A stretch of 64,000 nt of DNA from Akkermansia sp. (GTDB taxonomy: Bacteria; Verrucomicrobiota; Verrucomicrobiia; Verrucomicrobiales; Akkermansiaceae): positions 20,781-84,780 of the forward strand of contig JAZTYL010000032.1 of assembly GCA_045636905.1 (NCBI GenBank). The letters run 5' to 3'. Positions 20,130 to 30,114 of the stretch are shown piece by piece; the stretch's first letter is position 1, and each line of letters starts with the position of its first letter. The notes under the pieces are model-generated. The model was not told the origin of the DNA and ran no database searches. It saw only the letters and a program-made list of their open reading frames with translations. The translations under genes were made by a program, and so were the position numbers.

Positions 20130-20257
20130 TCAGCCACCGGCGGTTTCCGTGAAGGAGAGAGCGCGAGGGGCCGCAGACTACAGGTGGCTGAGTTTCATAA
20201 GGTAGTAAGTTGGGCGCCCATCCGTGTTGCGACGCGGATGGGCGCTCTGCCCTTTTT
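20130..20257 (+). ncRNA. Candidate small RNA (structured hairpin + terminator)
   Basis: TCAGCCACC/GGTGGCTGA outer stem with GCGGTTTC/GGGGCCGC inner stem, then GGGCGCCCATCCG...CGGATGGGCGCTC hairpin and T-run; no matching family recognised. Confidence 0.35.
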
Positions 20258-20350
20258 ATCGTTGCAAAATTGTTGATTTTTGGCGATTCCGGGGCTTGGA
20301 AGTGCTGTTATTGCTTTACAAACGGGTATTTTGTGGTAAGATAAAGGCGC

Positions 20351-22357
20351 ATGAACACGGAAATTCTTCAGAAAGCAGCCAACGAAGCGAAGGGTCTTGC
20401 CATCGATGCCATCTACGAGAAAGCATCGGGCCACATGGGTCTTCCCATTGGCTGTGCAGAAATCGGTGCCGTCCTGTACGGTGAGCTGCTCAATGTGAAC
20501 CCCTCCGAACCGCGCTGGTTGAACCGCGACCGCTTTGTGCTCTCCGGCGGCCATGGTTCCATGTTCCTGTACGGCTGGCTGCACCTGAGCGGCTTCGGCG
20601 TAAGCATGGACGATGTGAAGGCTTTCCGTGCCAAGGGCTCCAATACCCCCGGCCATCCGGAGTTCGGTTGCTGCCCCGGTGTGGAGTGCACCACAGGCCC
20701 GCTGGGTCAGGGTATCGCCAATGCCGTGGGCTTTGCTATTTCCGCCAAACATGCCGCCGCCCGTTACAATACCCCCGAGTATGAAATCTTCAATCAGAAC
20801 GTCTACTGCCTGGCCGGCGACGGCTGCATTGAGGAGGGTATCTCCCGCGAGGCCGCCGCTATCGCCGGCTGCCTGAAGCTCGACAATCTTATCCTTATCT
20901 ACGATGCCAACGGCATCACCCTCGATGCCCCCATCGAGAAAACACAGGTGGACGACGTGGCCGCTACCTTCACCGCTCAGGGCTGGGATGCCGTCACCAT
21001 CGACGGCAACGACATGCAGCAGGTGCGTACCGCTCTGCGTGCTGCCCGCCTGGAGAAGAACGGCCGTCCCAAGCTCATCATCGCCAAGACCATCATCGCC
21101 AAGGGCGTGCCCGGTTTCGAGGGTACCACCAAGGGCCACGGCGAAGGCGGCGCCAAGCTGTGGGCCGAGGCTCACGCCAACTGGGGCCTGCCCACCGACC
21201 AGCTCTACTATGTGAGCGACGAGGTGCGCGCCTACATGGCCGGCAAGAAGGCTGAGCGCGAGGCTGCCTACGCCGAGTGGAAGGCCACCTACGAGGCCTG
21301 GCGTGCCGCCAACCCGGACAAGGCTGCCGAGCTGGATGCCGGCATCGGCCTGGCTGTGAACGGCCTGGCTCCCGAGGTAAGCAACGCCATGATTCCCGCC
21401 TTTGCCGAGGGCTGCAAGGAGGCTACCCGTTCCTCCGGTGCCGTGGCTCAGAACGCCATCGGCGACAAGTGCCCCGCCTTGCTTTCCACCAGCGCTGACC
21501 TCTTCTCCTCCAACAAGAATTATCTGAAGAACGGTGGCGACTTCGGCGCAGACAACTACGCCGGCCGCAACTTCTGGTTCGGTATCCGCGAGCACGCCAT
21601 GGCTGCCATCTGCAATGGTATCGCCTACGACGGCCTCTTCCGTGTCTCCGCCGGTACCTTCTGTGTGTTCGTGGACTACATGCGCGCTTCCATCCGCGTG
21701 GCCGCTCTGTCCCACCTGCCTGTGACCTACGTGCTGACCCACGACTCCGTGGCCGTGGGCGAGGACGGCCCCACCCACCAGCCTGTGGAGACGGTGACCG
21801 GCCTGCGCGTGATTCCCAACCTCGATGTGGTGCGCCCCGCAGATGAGGAGGAAGCTGCCGGTGCCTGGATGTGCGCCATGGAGCGCAAGGACGGCCCGAC
21901 CGCCCTCATCCTCACCCGCCAGAACATCCCCAGCCTTACCTCTGTACACGCTATCAGCGTGGAGGAGCGCCGCCAGGGCACGCTGAAGGGTGCTTACGTA
22001 GCTCTGAAGGAGCAGACGGAGCAGCCCGGCCGCATCATCATTGCCAGCGGTTCGGAGGTTATCCTGGCTCTGGAGGCTGCCAAGCAGCTCGGCCCGGATG
22101 TCCGCGTGGTTTCCATGCCCTCCATGTGGCGCTTCAACCGCCAGAGCGCCGAGTACCGCGAGAGCGTACTGCCCGCCGCCTGCACCCGCCGCCTGGCTGT
22201 GGAGGCCGGCAAGAGCGACCTCTGGTACCGCTATGTCGGTACGGAGGGCAGCATCATTTCCATCGACTCCTACGGCTTCTCCGCTCCCGGAGATGTGGTG
22301 CTCAGCGAGCTGGGTATGAATGTGCCCAACATCGTGGCTCACGCCGAGAAGCTCTGA
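20351..22357 (+). CDS. tkt: Transketolase
   Basis: NRDRFVLSGGHGSM, TPGHPE, TTGPLGQG, GDGC, FGIREHAM, GEDGPTHQP. Confidence 0.95.
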   Translation: MNTEILQKAANEAKGLAIDAIYEKASGHMGLPIGCAEIGAVLYGELLNVNPSEPRWLNRDRFVLSGGHGSMFLYGWLHLSGFGVSMDDVKAFRAKGSNTPGHPEFGCCPGVECTTGPLGQGIANAVGFAISAKHAAARYNTPEYEIFNQNVYCLAGDGCIEEGISREAAAIAGCLKLDNLILIYDANGITLDAPIEKTQVDDVAATFTAQGWDAVTIDGNDMQQVRTALRAARLEKNGRPKLIIAKTIIAKGVPGFEGTTKGHGEGGAKLWAEAHANWGLPTDQLYYVSDEVRAYMAGKKAEREAAYAEWKATYEAWRAANPDKAAELDAGIGLAVNGLAPEVSNAMIPAFAEGCKEATRSSGAVAQNAIGDKCPALLSTSADLFSSNKNYLKNGGDFGADNYAGRNFWFGIREHAMAAICNGIAYDGLFRVSAGTFCVFVDYMRASIRVAALSHLPVTYVLTHDSVAVGEDGPTHQPVETVTGLRVIPNLDVVRPADEEEAAGAWMCAMERKDGPTALILTRQNIPSLTSVHAISVEERRQGTLKGAYVALKEQTEQPGRIIIASGSEVILALEAAKQLGPDVRVVSMPSMWRFNRQSAEYRESVLPAACTRRLAVEAGKSDLWYRYVGTEGSIISIDSYGFSAPGDVVLSELGMNVPNIVAHAEKL

Positions 22358-22375
22358 TGAATCGTTGATTTCCGT

Positions 22376-22425
22376 AAAACAGATAAGCCGCTGCTCCCTC
22401 ACAGGAACAGCGGCTTATCTGTTTT
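22376..22425. terminator. Bidirectional terminator between tkt and rph
   Basis: AAAACAGATAAGCCGCTG...CAGCGGCTTATCTGTTTT long inverted repeat between convergent genes. Confidence 0.85.
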
Positions 22426-22438
22426 ATAAAAAGTCAGC

Positions 22439-23227
22439 TTATTTGCGCGGGGGTGCGAAGAAGTCGCGCAGAGAGTTGAAATCCTCGGCAGAGGGCTGGT
22501 CGGCGCGGGCGATGGCTTCCTTCTGTGCGGCGGTGATGGCGGCAATACCCTTGGAGGCAAGGGCGAGCATCTGAGCCATTTCCTCGGCGGTGAACACGGC
22601 TTCCTCGCCGCTGCCCTGTACCTCGACGTACTGGCCCTGCTCGGTCATCACGATGTTCATGTCCACCTCGGCATCCTTGTCCTCCACATAGCAGAGGTCG
22701 AGAATCGGAGTGCCCTGCAGCTTACCCACGGACACAGCCGAGACCAGCTGGCGCATGGGGTTGGTGGAGATGTAGCCCTTTGCCATAATACGGTTGAGCG
22801 CGATAGCCAGAGCCACGGCTGCACCGGTGATGGAGGCGGTGCGGGTGCCGCCGTCTGCCTGCAGCACGTCGCAGTCAATCCACACCGTGCGCGAACCGAG
22901 AGCCTCCAGATCCATCACGGCACGCAGGGAGCGGCCGATGAGGCGCTGAATCTCCACGGAGCGGCCGTCCACCTTGCCAGCGGTGCTGTCGCGGCGCTTG
23001 CGGTCCAGGGTGGAGTAGGGGAGCATGGCGTATTCTGCCGTGAGCCAGCCGCCGGGTACACCCTGCATCTTCATCCAGCGCGGCACATCTTCCTCGATGG
23101 TGACGGCGCAGATGACGCGTGTATTGCCGAAGCAGGAAAGCACGGAGGCTGTGGCGTTGGGGGCCACATCGAGCACGAATTCGAGCGGGCGCATTTCATC
23201 CAGCCCGCGGTTGTTCTGGCGTTGCAT
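22439..23227 (-). CDS. rph: Ribonuclease PH
   Basis: GWLTAEYAMLP, GRSVEIQRLIGRSLR, DVLQADGGTRTASITG. Confidence 0.95.
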   Translation of the reverse strand: MQRQNNRGLDEMRPLEFVLDVAPNATASVLSCFGNTRVICAVTIEEDVPRWMKMQGVPGGWLTAEYAMLPYSTLDRKRRDSTAGKVDGRSVEIQRLIGRSLRAVMDLEALGSRTVWIDCDVLQADGGTRTASITGAAVALAIALNRIMAKGYISTNPMRQLVSAVSVGKLQGTPILDLCYVEDKDAEVDMNIVMTEQGQYVEVQGSGEEAVFTAEEMAQMLALASKGIAAITAAQKEAIARADQPSAEDFNSLRDFFAPPRK

Positions 23228-23313
23228 ACACTATGTTTACCATATACGGCTTCGCATTTCAACCAAAAAACGCTTTGACAGCGCAGCTGCAATGTGGTAA
23301 AAGTGAGGGCAGA

Positions 23314-23799
23314 ATGAAAGATACCTTTGCCCAGCTTATCCGACTCGGAGTGATTATCCTGGCCCTGGCCGTGGTCCTGTATTGGGTGGATGCGGCGTGG
23401 TTTGCGCCGCGGCGTCTTCCGGCCTGTGTGCAGGCTGAGCTGCCGGAGGGGCGCGTCTGCCTGGAGACGGTGCGGGCACAGTATGGCGACAAAGTGGTGT
23501 GGGTGGATGCCCGCAGCGAGAGTGATTTCGAGATAAACCACCTTCTGTTCAACGATAATCGCATGTTCCCCATACGCCCCGGCGCACAGAAGCAGGAACT
23601 GCTGGATGCCGCCGTGGAGCGCCTCCTGGAGGCCGGGGAGCGTGGGGAGTGTATCCTGGTGTTCTGTACGAACGATTGCAGCTCTTCCGAGGATATTGCC
23701 CGCGAACTGCGTGAGTTGCAGCTCACCGAGGCCCCCATTTACGTGCTGGAGGGCGGCTGGGATGTGCTGAAGGCCGCGGGCATGGTCAATTTTCAATAA
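23314..23799 (+). CDS. Membrane-anchored rhodanese-like protein
   Basis: N-terminal TM; VWVDARS, ILVFC, IYVLEGGW; start at MKDTFAQ after TTGACA-17-TAAAAG. Confidence 0.75.
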   Translation: MKDTFAQLIRLGVIILALAVVLYWVDAAWFAPRRLPACVQAELPEGRVCLETVRAQYGDKVVWVDARSESDFEINHLLFNDNRMFPIRPGAQKQELLDAAVERLLEAGERGECILVFCTNDCSSSEDIARELRELQLTEAPIYVLEGGWDVLKAAGMVNFQ

Positions 23800-23808
23800 A
23801 CATACTTT

Positions 23809-24966
23809 ATGAAACGCAAGGACATAGACAAGATACTGGCGGCTCGGCTTATCACACCGGCCCAGCGGGATGCGATTGTGGAGCATTTCCGGCTGAATGA
23901 ACGGGTAGGCGGGCGATGGCTGCTGACCATCCTCTGTGCCCTGGCGGCGGGGTTGATTGTTGCCGGTATCGTGATGCTGATTTCGGCGAACTGGTACAGC
24001 ATACCTCCTTTCGTCAAGATGCTTTGCTCCATGCTGCTGCTGGTGCTCTTCTGGCTGGGCTGGGCATGGCAGCGGGAGGTGCGCCCCATTGTGTCCGAGG
24101 TGCTGGGCTTCTGCGGTGCCGGTGCGTGGCTGGGCTGCATCTCGCTTTACGGGCAGATTTTCAACCTGATGAATCCCTTTGTGGAGGGCTGGACGCTGTT
24201 CTTTGCCGGCATTGTGCTCATACCCTTCATCTGTCGGCAGCGCTTCCTCATCGGGGCTGTGGTGCTCTGCTCCCTGGTGGAACTGGCGCTGCTGGGTGAT
24301 TCCTCGCCCAGCTACCTGGCATTCCGGAATTATATTCCCGGCTGGCAGGATGATTACACGCCGTTTGCATTGGTGCTGCTCGGTGCCTTCTGGTGGGCTA
24401 TGGCCGAGCGCTGGAGAACAGCCTCTGAGCGTTGGCGCAGCTACGCCTGGGTAGCGCCGGTGCTGCTGCTGGTTGCCGTGAATATCGGGCAGCTGATGAT
24501 GTACGGAGGCGAGACTTCGGGGAAGCTGGATGAGGTGTGCTGGTGCATCATGGGCATGGTGCCGGTAGTGCTGCTGGTGTTGAAGCCTCGCGCGGTCGAC
24601 TGGCTGCCCTGGTGCGGCATGTCGGCTGTGTTAAGCTCGCTGCTGCCTGCGATATTCCTGATTGGCAAGCTGGATGGCAATGCAGACCATATTGTGGGCA
24701 TTCTCCTTTATTTCCTTCTGTCGCTGCTGGTGATGTACAGCGGTGTGCGTGCCCTGCGTATGAGCTGGATCAATATCGGCTCGTTCATGGTGGTGCTTTC
24801 CGGCATTGCGCTGGTGTCCGATGTGCTGGACAGCTACACCTTCTCCGGTCTGGTGCTGGTGGCAGCCGGTCTGCTGATGCTGGGGCTGGGTGTGCTGCTG
24901 GAGAAAAGCCGCCGCCACCTTATCCTCACTGTTAAAAACTCCCGACCCTCTACCCCCGAAATATGA
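23809..24966 (+). CDS. DUF2157-like polytopic membrane protein
   Basis: LITPAQRDAI, LISANWYSIP, ISLYGQIFNL pattern; sits next to a GDYXXLXY gene. Confidence 0.7.
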   Translation: MKRKDIDKILAARLITPAQRDAIVEHFRLNERVGGRWLLTILCALAAGLIVAGIVMLISANWYSIPPFVKMLCSMLLLVLFWLGWAWQREVRPIVSEVLGFCGAGAWLGCISLYGQIFNLMNPFVEGWTLFFAGIVLIPFICRQRFLIGAVVLCSLVELALLGDSSPSYLAFRNYIPGWQDDYTPFALVLLGAFWWAMAERWRTASERWRSYAWVAPVLLLVAVNIGQLMMYGGETSGKLDEVCWCIMGMVPVVLLVLKPRAVDWLPWCGMSAVLSSLLPAIFLIGKLDGNADHIVGILLYFLLSLLVMYSGVRALRMSWINIGSFMVVLSGIALVSDVLDSYTFSGLVLVAAGLLMLGLGVLLEKSRRHLILTVKNSRPSTPEI

Positions 24967-25847
24967 AAAAGAACTTTACCCTGATTTCCCTTTTTGCCGT
25001 GGTTGCCGCTCAGCTGGGCTGGCTGGGCTGCAACTACCACGCCCGTACCGTGGAGATTGAGACCGCACCCACCTTGACTGTGGAGTGCGATGCTCTGGAC
25101 CCGCGTGATATTTTCCGCGGAGATTATGTGCGTTTCTTCTGCAGCTTCAGTTACCCGATAACCGACCCCATTTTTGCGGATTTGCTGCATTGGGACAAGG
25201 AGTTACGCCCGAAAGCCGAGAACGTGTGGGTGAGAGGGTCGACTCTTGCGAATGACCCGTCCCAACTGGTAATCACGATGCAGTCCCGTGATGTGCCGAA
25301 CCACCTGGTGCAGGGGATTCCTCCCCGCGCCGCAACGAACAAGGATTCCCTCGCCGTCACATACGACAATTATAAAATCAATGATCTGGTCGGTTTCTGG
25401 CAGCTCGGGGAACCCGGTAAACCTGCTACCCTGCTGCGTGTGGCCAAGGTCGGCAGTGGGCAGGATGTCGCCCGCCCCGGCGAGTTTCGTACGGCGATGT
25501 ATGGGCATGTGAGATGCAAAGTGGTAGGGGAACCGGAGGAAAAATATGTGGTGAAATCCGAGCTGAGCCTCTACCTCTGCGTGAGTGAGAGAAACGATTT
25601 GGGCAGCTTCCGCTTCTATGTGCCGGAGAATACCGGCGAGCCGCTTCCGGCCTGGCGTGAGGGGCAGCAGAGGCTGAATCTCGACGAGCCTTTCCCTGCG
25701 AACCGCATCCGAACCACCGTGGATTTTGCCTGCCGAGAGAAGAATGGTTTCATTGTCAAACAGCTCTACATCAACGGTATCCCCTGGGTGGAGGCTATAG
25801 AAAAAATGCGCATGGGCACTTTCCCCCTGTCGGAAGAGAGCAAATGA
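24963..25847 (+). CDS. GDYXXLXY-family protein
   Basis: DPRDIFRGDYVRF and RFYVPE motifs after an N-terminal anchor. Confidence 0.75.
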   Translation: MKKNFTLISLFAVVAAQLGWLGCNYHARTVEIETAPTLTVECDALDPRDIFRGDYVRFFCSFSYPITDPIFADLLHWDKELRPKAENVWVRGSTLANDPSQLVITMQSRDVPNHLVQGIPPRAATNKDSLAVTYDNYKINDLVGFWQLGEPGKPATLLRVAKVGSGQDVARPGEFRTAMYGHVRCKVVGEPEEKYVVKSELSLYLCVSERNDLGSFRFYVPENTGEPLPAWREGQQRLNLDEPFPANRIRTTVDFACREKNGFIVKQLYINGIPWVEAIEKMRMGTFPLSEESK

Positions 25848-25868
25848 TGCAGGCAACTCCGTGGGGAA

Positions 25869-26534
25869 CTACGATATGAGCCCCCACGATTTGTATGTGT
25901 CGGCTGCGTCCGCCGGGTAGATGCGGAGCTCACCGGCCTCGCAGATAGCGAGGGAGGTGACATCGCCGGGGATGGCGTCTGCATCGATGGGGCTGCCGTT
26001 GAGCGTCAGAAGATGCACCAGCTCCTTTTCGTGGAACTCGGTGTCGGCGTCGTGGTCGCAGAGGGCAAGAATCCATCCACCGCAGTTCAGTGCCGTGCTC
26101 CATAGCTCGAAACGTGCATTGTGCGCCTCATAAACAGCGGTGGAGCCTTGTGCCGTGTCGCCGGGCTTTTGCTCCATGTGTTTCTTCAGCAGCTCGTGGA
26201 GAGCTTCCGCATTCAGGGTGCAGGTGTAGTCGGCAGCCGTGCAGAGCTCCGGGCGTATGGGGAGCGAGTCGAGGTAGGCAATGTGGCGCTCCAGTTGCTT
26301 CCTGTCCAGCAGCCGCATCATGTCGGCATACACGCGGCGGGCAGCCAGGGTGACGGCGGTCACAAAGCAGAACATGCGGGTATCTGCCCACTCCTCCGCC
26401 AGCAGGAAGTAGAGGCAGATGAGTACAGATATTGCGCCGATGTCGGCAAGTAGCAACAGGCGACGGTACGCAGGGAATTTCTCATCCACATACCACCAGC
26501 ACAGCAGAACAAGGATGATGCAGGCCGGAATCAT
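25869..26534 (-). CDS. Hypothetical membrane protein, paralog 3 (divergent)
   Basis: N-terminal TMs; LPIRPEL, GGWILAL, SLAICEAGELRIYPA shared with neighbours. Confidence 0.65.
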   Translation of the reverse strand: MIPACIILVLLCWWYVDEKFPAYRRLLLLADIGAISVLICLYFLLAEEWADTRMFCFVTAVTLAARRVYADMMRLLDRKQLERHIAYLDSLPIRPELCTAADYTCTLNAEALHELLKKHMEQKPGDTAQGSTAVYEAHNARFELWSTALNCGGWILALCDHDADTEFHEKELVHLLTLNGSPIDADAIPGDVTSLAICEAGELRIYPADAADTYKSWGLIS

Positions 26535-27229
26535 GAGGCGTCGTCTTCGGTGTAGTCTGCCAGCCAGGTGGCAAATTCAGCACGCGGGGCAAGCACATTG
26601 CTGCGGAAGGCATCGAAACGCTTTTTCTGCGAGGCCGGGGTGATGCTGAGTTGGCCGTCGCGGCAGATGGCGATACCGGAGGGTGCCATGCCCTGCATTT
26701 CCTTGCAGAAGGGGACATCGGCTTTCCGGCAGGCGGCTTTCAGTTCGCTGTCGCGCAGCTCCTCGTTGGTGAGGTAGAGCAGAGCCACCCAGTCTTCCCC
26801 GGGCAGGAGGTGGATGCGGATATCAAGCTTCTGCGCGTCGTTCCAGGCCAGGAAATTGTGCTCGGGGTCGCAGTTGGCAAGAGAATCTTTTTCTGCCAGC
26901 TCGCGGAAGTTGGCCAGCATATCCTGCCTGCTCAGGGAGAAGCTGTCTGTAGCGGTCTTGAAGCGGCGTGCGGGCAGGGTGGCCAGTTGGCGTTTCCTGC
27001 GCAGCTCATTCCACTCATCGATGTTGAGAACGAGGGTGAGCGCCAGGAATATGGCCGGGAACAGCTGGATACCCCAGGACATATCCAGGCACCACAGAAT
27101 ACCCTCTGCCAGCAGGCAGAGCAGCAGCAGGATGGCGGTTATCACATAGCGGTGACGTCCCAGAAGCTTGTAGATGACAGGGCTGTACAGAAGGCTGAAC
27201 AGAAGAACGGAGATGATGTAGGTGACCAT
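26531..27229 (-). CDS. Hypothetical membrane protein, paralog 2
   Basis: About 3 TMs; LPARRFK, LAEKDSLA, GIAICRDGQLSITPA. Confidence 0.7.
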   Translation of the reverse strand: MVTYIISVLLFSLLYSPVIYKLLGRHRYVITAILLLLCLLAEGILWCLDMSWGIQLFPAIFLALTLVLNIDEWNELRRKRQLATLPARRFKTATDSFSLSRQDMLANFRELAEKDSLANCDPEHNFLAWNDAQKLDIRIHLLPGEDWVALLYLTNEELRDSELKAACRKADVPFCKEMQGMAPSGIAICRDGQLSITPASQKKRFDAFRSNVLAPRAEFATWLADYTEDDAS

Positions 27230-27240
27230 ATCAGGGTGAA

Positions 27241-27963
27241 TCAGGTGTTAGGTGGAGTATAGCTGCTGAGCCAGGCGGAGAATTCCGTCTGCGGAGCAAG
27301 GACGGTGTGCAGGAACTCGTCGAAGTGTACGAGCTGGTCTGCGGGGGAGATGCTGAGCTGCCCGCGGCGGCAGATGGCGATGCCCTGCGCGCGCTTGCCC
27401 AGCAGGTGTTTCCGGCAGGGAATCCCGGCCGCTTTGCAGGCGGCTTTTACCTCCTTGTCGCGCAGCTCAAAGTCTGCGGGGGACCAGAAGAGGGCAATCC
27501 AGCCGCCCTCCGGCAGCAGGTGCAGCCACAGGGTGTAGTCCAGCCCGTTGTTCCAGGAGCAGAAGTGCAGGGCGGGTTTGGCTGTGGCAAGTTTGTCTTT
27601 CTGCGCCAGGTCGGAGAAATGGGCAACCACTTCTGCATTGCTGAGCGCAAAGGGGATATCGGCCCGCTTGTGGCGGCGTGCGGGCAGGTTGGCGCGCTTG
27701 TGGCCGCGCAGCATGTAGCGTCCCTCGCTCACCAGCCATTTGCCCAGCTCCCACACACAGTGCACAAACAGCAGCACAAAGACCACCATGGGCGCCTCCG
27801 CTTCCCGCAGCATGTGCAGCGCCAGCAGCACACCCACGGCAATGCCGCTCAGCAGCATGGCCCCTATGCTCAGAAAATACCGCCACTGCCCCAGGTGCTC
27901 GAAGGCGAGCAGCCAGGCCAGGCATACGAGCGCGGCGGTGATATTGAGCGCATCCGGGGACAT
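27241..27963 (-). CDS. Hypothetical membrane protein, paralog 1
   Basis: About 3 TMs; LPARRHK, LAQKDKLA, GIAICRRGQLSISPA. Confidence 0.7.
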   Translation of the reverse strand: MSPDALNITAALVCLAWLLAFEHLGQWRYFLSIGAMLLSGIAVGVLLALHMLREAEAPMVVFVLLFVHCVWELGKWLVSEGRYMLRGHKRANLPARRHKRADIPFALSNAEVVAHFSDLAQKDKLATAKPALHFCSWNNGLDYTLWLHLLPEGGWIALFWSPADFELRDKEVKAACKAAGIPCRKHLLGKRAQGIAICRRGQLSISPADQLVHFDEFLHTVLAPQTEFSAWLSSYTPPNT

Positions 27964-27983
27964 CGGGGGCAGGCGGGGTGGTG

Positions 27984-29207
27984 TTATTGCTCTGTCTTGC
28001 GGTAGTCTGTATGCTGCCGCAGGTAGGCCTTTGCCTCACCGAGCAGGAAGAAGGAGCCGCAGATAAGGGTGTGCGGCGGCAGCTCTGCCAGCGCCTCCGC
28101 CAGTGTGGCGGGGGTATGGATGGGGGCGGACGATGCCGCGCGCACTTTGGCTGCCATATCGGCCGGCGGGAGAATGCGCGGGCTCTGCACGGGGGGCAGC
28201 ACCCACTCCTGCACCAGGGGGGAGAGCAGCTCCAGTACCTCATCCAGCGCTTTGTCGGCAGAGCCGGCGTAGATGCAGCGTGCCTTCCTGTCCCCGTATG
28301 CCTGCTGCCAGCTTTCCACCAGTACATGCATGGCGTGCGGGTTGTGAGCGCCGTCCATGATGACCTGCGGTGCTATCTCCTCGAAGCGGCCGGGCCACTG
28401 CACCTCTGCCAGACCGCGGGCTATCTCGGCCTCGCTTGCTAGGAAATGCGGCAGGGCGCGCAGGGCGGCCAGAGCCAGCGCAGCATTCCGGCGCTGGTAG
28501 TTGCCACGCAGGCCGAGCGGCAGCTCGCACTCCTCGGACACGATGCGGTAGGCGGTGTCCATGCGCTGCGCAGCGGCGTGGATGGCGCGTATGGCTTCCG
28601 GCTGCTGCGGGGCGGAGAGGGCGGGGCGGTGCCAGGCAAAGATGGCGGCTTTTTCCGCGGCAATCTCCTCCAGAGTGGAGCCGAGGTACTGTGTGTGGTC
28701 CAGGCCGATGGGGGTGAGCACGGCCACATCTTTGGGCACGGCATTGGTGGCATCCAGTCGGCCGCCCATGCCGGTTTCGAGGATGATGATGTCCACCTCG
28801 CGCTCGGCAAAGTACAGCATGGCGATGGCTAGCACCAGCTCGAAGAAAGTGGGTTTCACCTCCCAGGAGGAAATGATGTTGCGCACGCGGCAGATAAGAC
28901 GCGTGGCATCCGCCTCCGGTATCATCTCACCGTTCACGCGGATTCGCTCGTTGAACTCCACCAGGTGCGGGGAGGTAAAGAGGCCAGTGCTGTAGCCGGC
29001 AGAGCGTGCCACGCTCTCGGCAAAGGCGCAGGTGGAGCCTTTGCCGTTTGTGCCGGCTACGTGGATAACACGCGCCCGCGGGTAAAGCACGCCGCAGGCT
29101 TCCAGCAGGCGTGTGATGCCCTCCAGCCCGAGCTTGATGCCGAACATCTGGGTGGAGTACAGCCAGTCCAGCGCCTCGGTGTAGGGGGTGGTGACAGGGG
29201 GATTCAT
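27984..29207 (-). CDS. folC: Folylpolyglutamate synthase/dihydrofolate synthase
   Basis: HVAGTNGKGST, FTSPHL, ETGMGGRLDATN, WPGRFE, DGAHNP. Confidence 0.93.
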   Translation of the reverse strand: MNPPVTTPYTEALDWLYSTQMFGIKLGLEGITRLLEACGVLYPRARVIHVAGTNGKGSTCAFAESVARSAGYSTGLFTSPHLVEFNERIRVNGEMIPEADATRLICRVRNIISSWEVKPTFFELVLAIAMLYFAEREVDIIILETGMGGRLDATNAVPKDVAVLTPIGLDHTQYLGSTLEEIAAEKAAIFAWHRPALSAPQQPEAIRAIHAAAQRMDTAYRIVSEECELPLGLRGNYQRRNAALALAALRALPHFLASEAEIARGLAEVQWPGRFEEIAPQVIMDGAHNPHAMHVLVESWQQAYGDRKARCIYAGSADKALDEVLELLSPLVQEWVLPPVQSPRILPPADMAAKVRAASSAPIHTPATLAEALAELPPHTLICGSFFLLGEAKAYLRQHTDYRKTEQ

Positions 29208-29279
29208 GCAGGGGGGCTGTGGGGAGAAAAATTCAGCGGGCAGATGCCCGCTGAATGGAAACTGGTAATTGCTCCGGTA

Positions 29280-29864
29280 TCAGAACGGGATGTCGTCGTC
29301 CGCCTCCTCGTGCATGGGAGCGGGAGCCGGGGCCTGCTGGTAGCCACCGCCGTTGTTGCCGTAGCCATTGTTGCTGCGCTGCTGGTAGCCACCGCCGTTG
29401 TTGCCGTAGCCGTTGTTGCTGCGCTGCTGGTAGCCGCCACCGTTGTTGCCGTAGCCACCCTGCTGCTGGTAGCCACCGCCATTGTTGCCGTAGCCGCCCT
29501 GCTGGTAACCGCCACCCTGGGCGCCGTCGCGGCCGCCGAGCAGCTGCAGATTCTCCGCGATGATACGAATCTTGCTGCGGCGCTGCCCTGTCTGCTTATC
29601 CTCCCAGGTGTCCATCTGCAGACGACCCTCGATGAAGACAGGGCGTCCCTTGGTCAGGTACTGGGCGGCTACTTCGCCGGTGCGTCCCCAGCAGGTCACA
29701 TCCAGGAAAGTGGTTTCCTCGCGGCGCTCGCCTTCGTTCGGGCCGCTGGATACGCGGTTCACGGCCAGGCGCAGTTCGGTAAGGGAGTTGCCTCGGGGAG
29801 TCTGGCGTACCTCCGGGTCGGCCGTGAGGTTGCCGATAAGCATGACTTTGTTCAGATTAGCCAT
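29280..29864 (-). CDS. ssb: Single-stranded DNA-binding protein
   Basis: NLNKVMLIGNLTADPEVR OB fold; C-terminal DDDIPF. Confidence 0.96.
   Translation of the reverse strand: MANLNKVMLIGNLTADPEVRQTPRGNSLTELRLAVNRVSSGPNEGERREETTFLDVTCWGRTGEVAAQYLTKGRPVFIEGRLQMDTWEDKQTGQRRSKIRIIAENLQLLGGRDGAQGGGYQQGGYGNNGGGYQQQGGYGNNGGGYQQRSNNGYGNNGGGYQQRSNNGYGNNGGGYQQAPAPAPMHEEADDDIPF
29335..29520 (-). repeat. Coding repeat GYGNNGGGYQQ (4 copies) in the SSB linker
   Basis: Repeated tagccaccgccgttgttgccgtagcc units on the + strand. Confidence 0.9.
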
Positions 29865-30114
29865 AATTGTGTGAGTAATATAACGTTCCGTGTATAAGAA
29901 TCCCGCTCGCCGGCTGTTGCCGCACGGCAGGAAGTATGTTTCGCGTTTATTCTACCCGTCTTTTACCCCCTTTGGCAAGCAAAAAGATGCCCCCGCCTCA
30001 TCTTTTTTGCGCCGCCGCTCGCAAAATGTTTCCTGCTGCTCCGAGCCGACTCCGTGCCTCCTTTCCACCCCCACCTCCCGAACACCCCTTTTTTATCCCC
30101 TTTGCGAGCAAATG

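Noticed and set aside
20178-20198. Minus-strand mini-ORF MKLSHL identical to the RND adaptor N-terminus
   Set aside because: Six codons with different DNA and no support; most likely coincidence.
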